Virus record (IMG/VR): IMGVR_UViG_3300028603_000017
Coordinates: 128,001 to 192,000 of that record
Length of the DNA stretch: 64,000 nt
From: a virus
Taxonomy: Duplodnaviria > Caudoviricetes
Reading direction: 5' to 3' (one strand)
In this document: one piece after another, positions 60,497-64,000 of the stretch
Layout of the letters: the number at the start of each line of letters is the position of its first letter
How positions within the stretch are numbered: the stretch's first letter is position 1
Position numbers and translations under genes: made by a program
The notes under the pieces: model-generated
The model's database searches: none
Told to the model about the DNA's origin: nothing
The model's input: only the letters and a program-made list of their open reading frames with translations

Positions 60497-61977
60497 GTAT
60501 TGTAAACATCAATTGGAATAATGTTTACAAATTTAGGTAGAGTATTACCAGCTTCATCTTGAGGTTTACCACAAGACGGACAATCGTAGCTAGGCACACC
60601 AATTAAGCTGATGACAGTATCATCAATATAGTCACGAATCTTTTTGATGAATTCTTCACGCACATAATCATCAGAAGACAAAGAACCGATAATAGCTTCA
60701 ATGGTTTCTTTCTTCTTAACTGTGTTGGTATCTATCTCGACTTCTTCTACCCAATGAGAGTATTGCTGTAAAGCTGAAGCTTTAGCGCTATTGAGAATAT
60801 GTCTATTTCTCTCATTGATATTGGTAGACTCACTAAAGCTGGCAGTAATTGTTTCAACAATACTATTAATCCAGCTAGTGCCTTCATTAATCCATTCTAG
60901 TGCAGTAGGTACTTTGAGTTTAAATGAGATTTCACTCTCATCCTTTTTGATCTTAACCAGACGAGGTTGGTTATTGAGCAGCTCTTTACGATATCTAATA
61001 ACGTCTTCTTCAGTTACAGAGCTGGCTGATCGATTGAGCATCAAAGATTTTTGCCAAGCATTTAAAGGCACTTTATTGATCCATAAAAGCTTGGATAGAT
61101 TAATAAGTTCAGTAGCAATATGGTTGCATTCGCCAGGATTATGCACACAAGCTCTAGAATATTTAAATCCATTAGGCCAAATAGCGCAAGCTATACCCCA
61201 AATTAAGATAGGCACATCATGAGAATAGATAAACTCACGGATGTCTTTATTGGTTTTGATGCTATAACTGTGAATATTGTTTAAAGCAAAATCTAATAGA
61301 CGATTGACAAAGAAAACAACTTGGTTACTGAAAGCCAAACCATAAGTAGCTCTGCCTAATTCTATCTTGTCTTGTGTAATTTGTCTATGTAGCTCTAGAA
61401 TTTCATTTTCACTAGGAGCTTTTAGTGTAACCCAAAAACCTGAGTGAAATAAAGGAATCTGAACATAACCGCCTAGACCAAAAGCTGCTTTGACCATCAT
61501 CAAAGCTTTTTCACCTTCAATTTCTTGATTAGAAACTGACTTTAGTCTAGAAGGACGAATACCTAGTTTATCACCATTGACTTCCAGATGTTGAACAAAG
61601 TCAGCATCTGGATCAGATAGCGGTTTGGTAAATTGAGAATCATAACTAGCAGTTTGTGCACCATGAGAAACGGTTTGTGCCCATTCTACAGTATCGTCTT
61701 CGTTATTGAGGACCTTACCTTCTAGTCTAGGAGGAATATTGTCATTGTAGTCAGATGGACCAATAACTGTTTCTAGTAATTCATGTTTAGATTCATCTAC
61801 GCTAGAGAAGATTTGTTCTTCTTGAGCAAACTTCTTGGTTTTAATAGGTAGGTCTAAAGGTTTAGACTCATTAACAGGTTGTTCTACAGGCGTAGATTCT
61901 TTAGATTCATATTGAATCTCATCTACTGGATCTGGAATAATGTCTTTATTTTCTTCACTCATTGGTTTGGCTTTCAA
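60448..61977 (-). CDS. phiKZ gp77-like protein, candidate tail/baseplate assembly chaperone
   Basis: 509 aa with CVHNPGEC and CPSC Zn motifs, ending ...IPIDVYNTFFIPL... Confidence 0.7.
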   Translation of the reverse strand: MKAKPMSEENKDIIPDPVDEIQYESKESTPVEQPVNESKPLDLPIKTKKFAQEEQIFSSVDESKHELLETVIGPSDYNDNIPPRLEGKVLNNEDDTVEWAQTVSHGAQTASYDSQFTKPLSDPDADFVQHLEVNGDKLGIRPSRLKSVSNQEIEGEKALMMVKAAFGLGGYVQIPLFHSGFWVTLKAPSENEILELHRQITQDKIELGRATYGLAFSNQVVFFVNRLLDFALNNIHSYSIKTNKDIREFIYSHDVPILIWGIACAIWPNGFKYSRACVHNPGECNHIATELINLSKLLWINKVPLNAWQKSLMLNRSASSVTEEDVIRYRKELLNNQPRLVKIKKDESEISFKLKVPTALEWINEGTSWINSIVETITASFSESTNINERNRHILNSAKASALQQYSHWVEEVEIDTNTVKKKETIEAIIGSLSSDDYVREEFIKKIRDYIDDTVISLIGVPSYDCPSCGKPQDEAGNTLPKFVNIIPIDVYNTFFIPLVQRVIKITNR

Positions 61978-62518
61978 CAGTTATTTCTATAGCTTGTTCG
62001 GGTTGCTCTATAATAACTGCGTCAGATACAACATTAGGATCAGTAATACTTTCTTTGTTTTGTTCAGCCTGCACAATCTCTTGCACTTTAGCAACAGCTT
62101 GATCGTAGTGCTGTGTAATGGTTTGGACATTAGGCAGGATAACGCCTTCGAACTTTACCTTAAAAGAATTATAAGCTTCAATAAAGGTAAGAGATTGGAT
62201 AAAGTCATCGTCATCTACAGCTTTGCCAGACCTGTGTTTATGACCAGCAGCAATTTCTTCTAGCTCTTGATTCATTTGAGCAATATCTGCTTGCATACAC
62301 CGAATCAAATCAGCTGTTAGCTTAGGATTTTCCATGAAGTTACCTATCTTCTCTACTGAGAATAAATAAAGTATTTGTGCAGGTACTTCTTGGAGCATTG
62401 CTTTATTAGCACGATAAACATCCATGAGATCATCCCATGGATTAGCTTCTCTTTTAAATTGTTCTAATTCTTTTTTGGCTTCGTCTCTAGCAAGACGGGC
62501 AGCAGATTTTTTCGTCAT
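61955..62518 (-). CDS. Hypothetical helical protein (187 aa)
   Basis: AGGA RBS; coupled to the next gene. Confidence 0.75.
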   Translation of the reverse strand: MTKKSAARLARDEAKKELEQFKREANPWDDLMDVYRANKAMLQEVPAQILYLFSVEKIGNFMENPKLTADLIRCMQADIAQMNQELEEIAAGHKHRSGKAVDDDDFIQSLTFIEAYNSFKVKFEGVILPNVQTITQHYDQAVAKVQEIVQAEQNKESITDPNVVSDAVIIEQPEQAIEITVESQTNE

Positions 62519-62644
62519 TGAGGTTGTCCTGAGCTTAAATCATTTGAATAAATAAAAATAAGACTATTTATAATTAGTTGTAAATGGTCCTACACAATAA
62601 AAACAGGCTATATTTTTTTACTCTATTTACTGGGATAATTCATA

Positions 62645-63730
62645 ATGCGTGAAGAATTGGCAATGTTTGTCAACGATAATTATCCACCTGTTAAAGTAAT
62701 TGAATTTAACAGAGCTTTTGAGATATTTGACGACTACGGAATTGAAGACTATGATACGCCTTTCATGGATATGTTAGGTGTATTTGATAATTCAGACTAT
62801 TCTAGCTTTATTTCAGAATTTGAATCTAAGATATCTAATACCTTATTGTCTATCATAAAAGACCACGGCATTACTTTAGTAGAAGATATCCGTATTGATC
62901 AAATTAACAATATTGCTCAAGCTTTACTAGATATCCAATATTACGAAGATAAAGACTCTATTGCTAGAATACTAGAGACTCACTACGATGATGATCATGA
63001 AAAACTAGCTGAGTTATTAAATTTAGCAGTACCTGGCGATATCCAGTCTACTGCTATTTTGATTGAAGAGATGAATGATAATCTTTTTAATAAGCTAGAA
63101 CTCTATATATCTGATGCAACAACAGATTCATCTGAAGCTATAGAGTCGTCTGATTCTGACAAACTGATTATAGCTAACTTAAAGAACTACAGAAGCTTTA
63201 TTAATAGAGATGAAAAACTAATTGTCTTTAAAGTTATTGAAATGGGCTTTACTGTAGGTCTAGATTTTGATGTCTACGGCAGATATCTTAAGAGATATGT
63301 TCAAGATTTCTCAGATATCAGAAAAGCAGCTGAAGAATACTTTGCAACATTATTGGCTGCAAAACAAAGCCATAACTCTCCACTTAATTACTATAGAAAA
63401 ATTAGCTCTGAATATATTGATGATTTAGAGATAATCTCTAAAATGGATGTAGAGCTATCTAAAATCTATAATGAGTTTGATAAATTCAAAACCAAAATGA
63501 TTGAATTATCAGCTAATGTTAAAGAGTATTACTATTATGGGCCTACAGCTACTGGTGTGCCTGCTGGTCAATATGAGGGTAAAGCCTCAGGCTATGATGT
63601 GGTATTTAGATACAACGGTCAAGACTATGTGATCTCTAGCAACGAAAGAGGTGTTAAGGGTAAGGATATAGCTTGTACTGTCAAAAAGCATCCATCAGGC
63701 TACTTTACTGTGGAGTTCAATCGTGCATAA
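62645..63730 (+). CDS. Conserved acidic protein (phiKZ gp79-like) with a beta-rich C-terminal extension
   Basis: 361 aa; synteny before the gp80-like gene. Confidence 0.6.
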   Translation: MREELAMFVNDNYPPVKVIEFNRAFEIFDDYGIEDYDTPFMDMLGVFDNSDYSSFISEFESKISNTLLSIIKDHGITLVEDIRIDQINNIAQALLDIQYYEDKDSIARILETHYDDDHEKLAELLNLAVPGDIQSTAILIEEMNDNLFNKLELYISDATTDSSEAIESSDSDKLIIANLKNYRSFINRDEKLIVFKVIEMGFTVGLDFDVYGRYLKRYVQDFSDIRKAAEEYFATLLAAKQSHNSPLNYYRKISSEYIDDLEIISKMDVELSKIYNEFDKFKTKMIELSANVKEYYYYGPTATGVPAGQYEGKASGYDVVFRYNGQDYVISSNERGVKGKDIACTVKKHPSGYFTVEFNRA

Positions 63731-64000
63731 GTTAGAATACTTTATAAAAGCTATTAAAGCAAAGGCTTTTATTAAAAACCATTGGGTATTTACTTGTTTT
63801 TCTATTACGCATGAAAATGCTGATGATTACAAAAAAGATCCTTATCCTTACAGGCTAATACAAACACCTACTGGTTTTTTGTTTATTGATCCTGAAAACA
63901 ATAACGACTTAACACCAATAGAAGGTATTGTCAAAGGCTCTCCTGCTTTTACATTTCAAGACAGAATAGAGTTAAAAGCAAAAGATATTGATAATTTAGA
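63723..64000 (+). CDS. Partial gene, probably virion RNAP beta'-C subunit (phiKZ gp80-like)
   Basis: Not in the ORF track. GTG 63723 opens MHKLEYFIKAIKAKAFIKNHWVFTCFSITHEN..., open to the window edge. Identity from synteny and recalled N-terminus. Confidence 0.6.
   Translation, partial: MHKLEYFIKAIKAKAFIKNHWVFTCFSITHENADDYKKDPYPYRLIQTPTGFLFIDPENNNDLTPIEGIVKGSPAFTFQDRIELKAKDIDNL

Noticed and set aside
1-64000. CRISPR arrays, tRNAs, inteins and stop-codon recoding
   Set aside because: No regularly spaced repeats, cloverleaves or intein-sized insertions were noticed by eye. Genes are intact under the standard code and all three stops are used.

Overview
This window is a 64-kb segment of an AT-rich, phiKZ-like nucleus-forming jumbo phage (Chimalliviridae-type). 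It carries virion RNA polymerase subunits, the prohead protease, baseplate/tail genes, sheath and tube, large terminase, an SF2 helicase, a lytic transglycosylase, the family-B DNA polymerase and chimallin. It also carries the non-virion RNAP block: beta'-N, SbcD, ChmC-like, gp68-like, PicA-like, beta-C, beta'-C and a helicase. phiKZ gp numbers are given from motifs and recalled synteny, not from database searches. Four things stand out beyond the ORF track. (1) Five ORF-less group I introns sit in RNAP active-centre motifs, including a tandem pair that leaves the catalytic DFDG on a 12-nt microexon. (2) One intron can only restore frame through a non-canonical splice junction. (3) A U UUU UUU -1 frameshift candidate joins a CPxC/FF protein to a start-less downstream frame, resembling the tail-chaperone G/GT arrangement. 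(4) A ~500-nt extensively base-paired, multiply pseudoknotted putative ncRNA lies upstream of the DNA polymerase.
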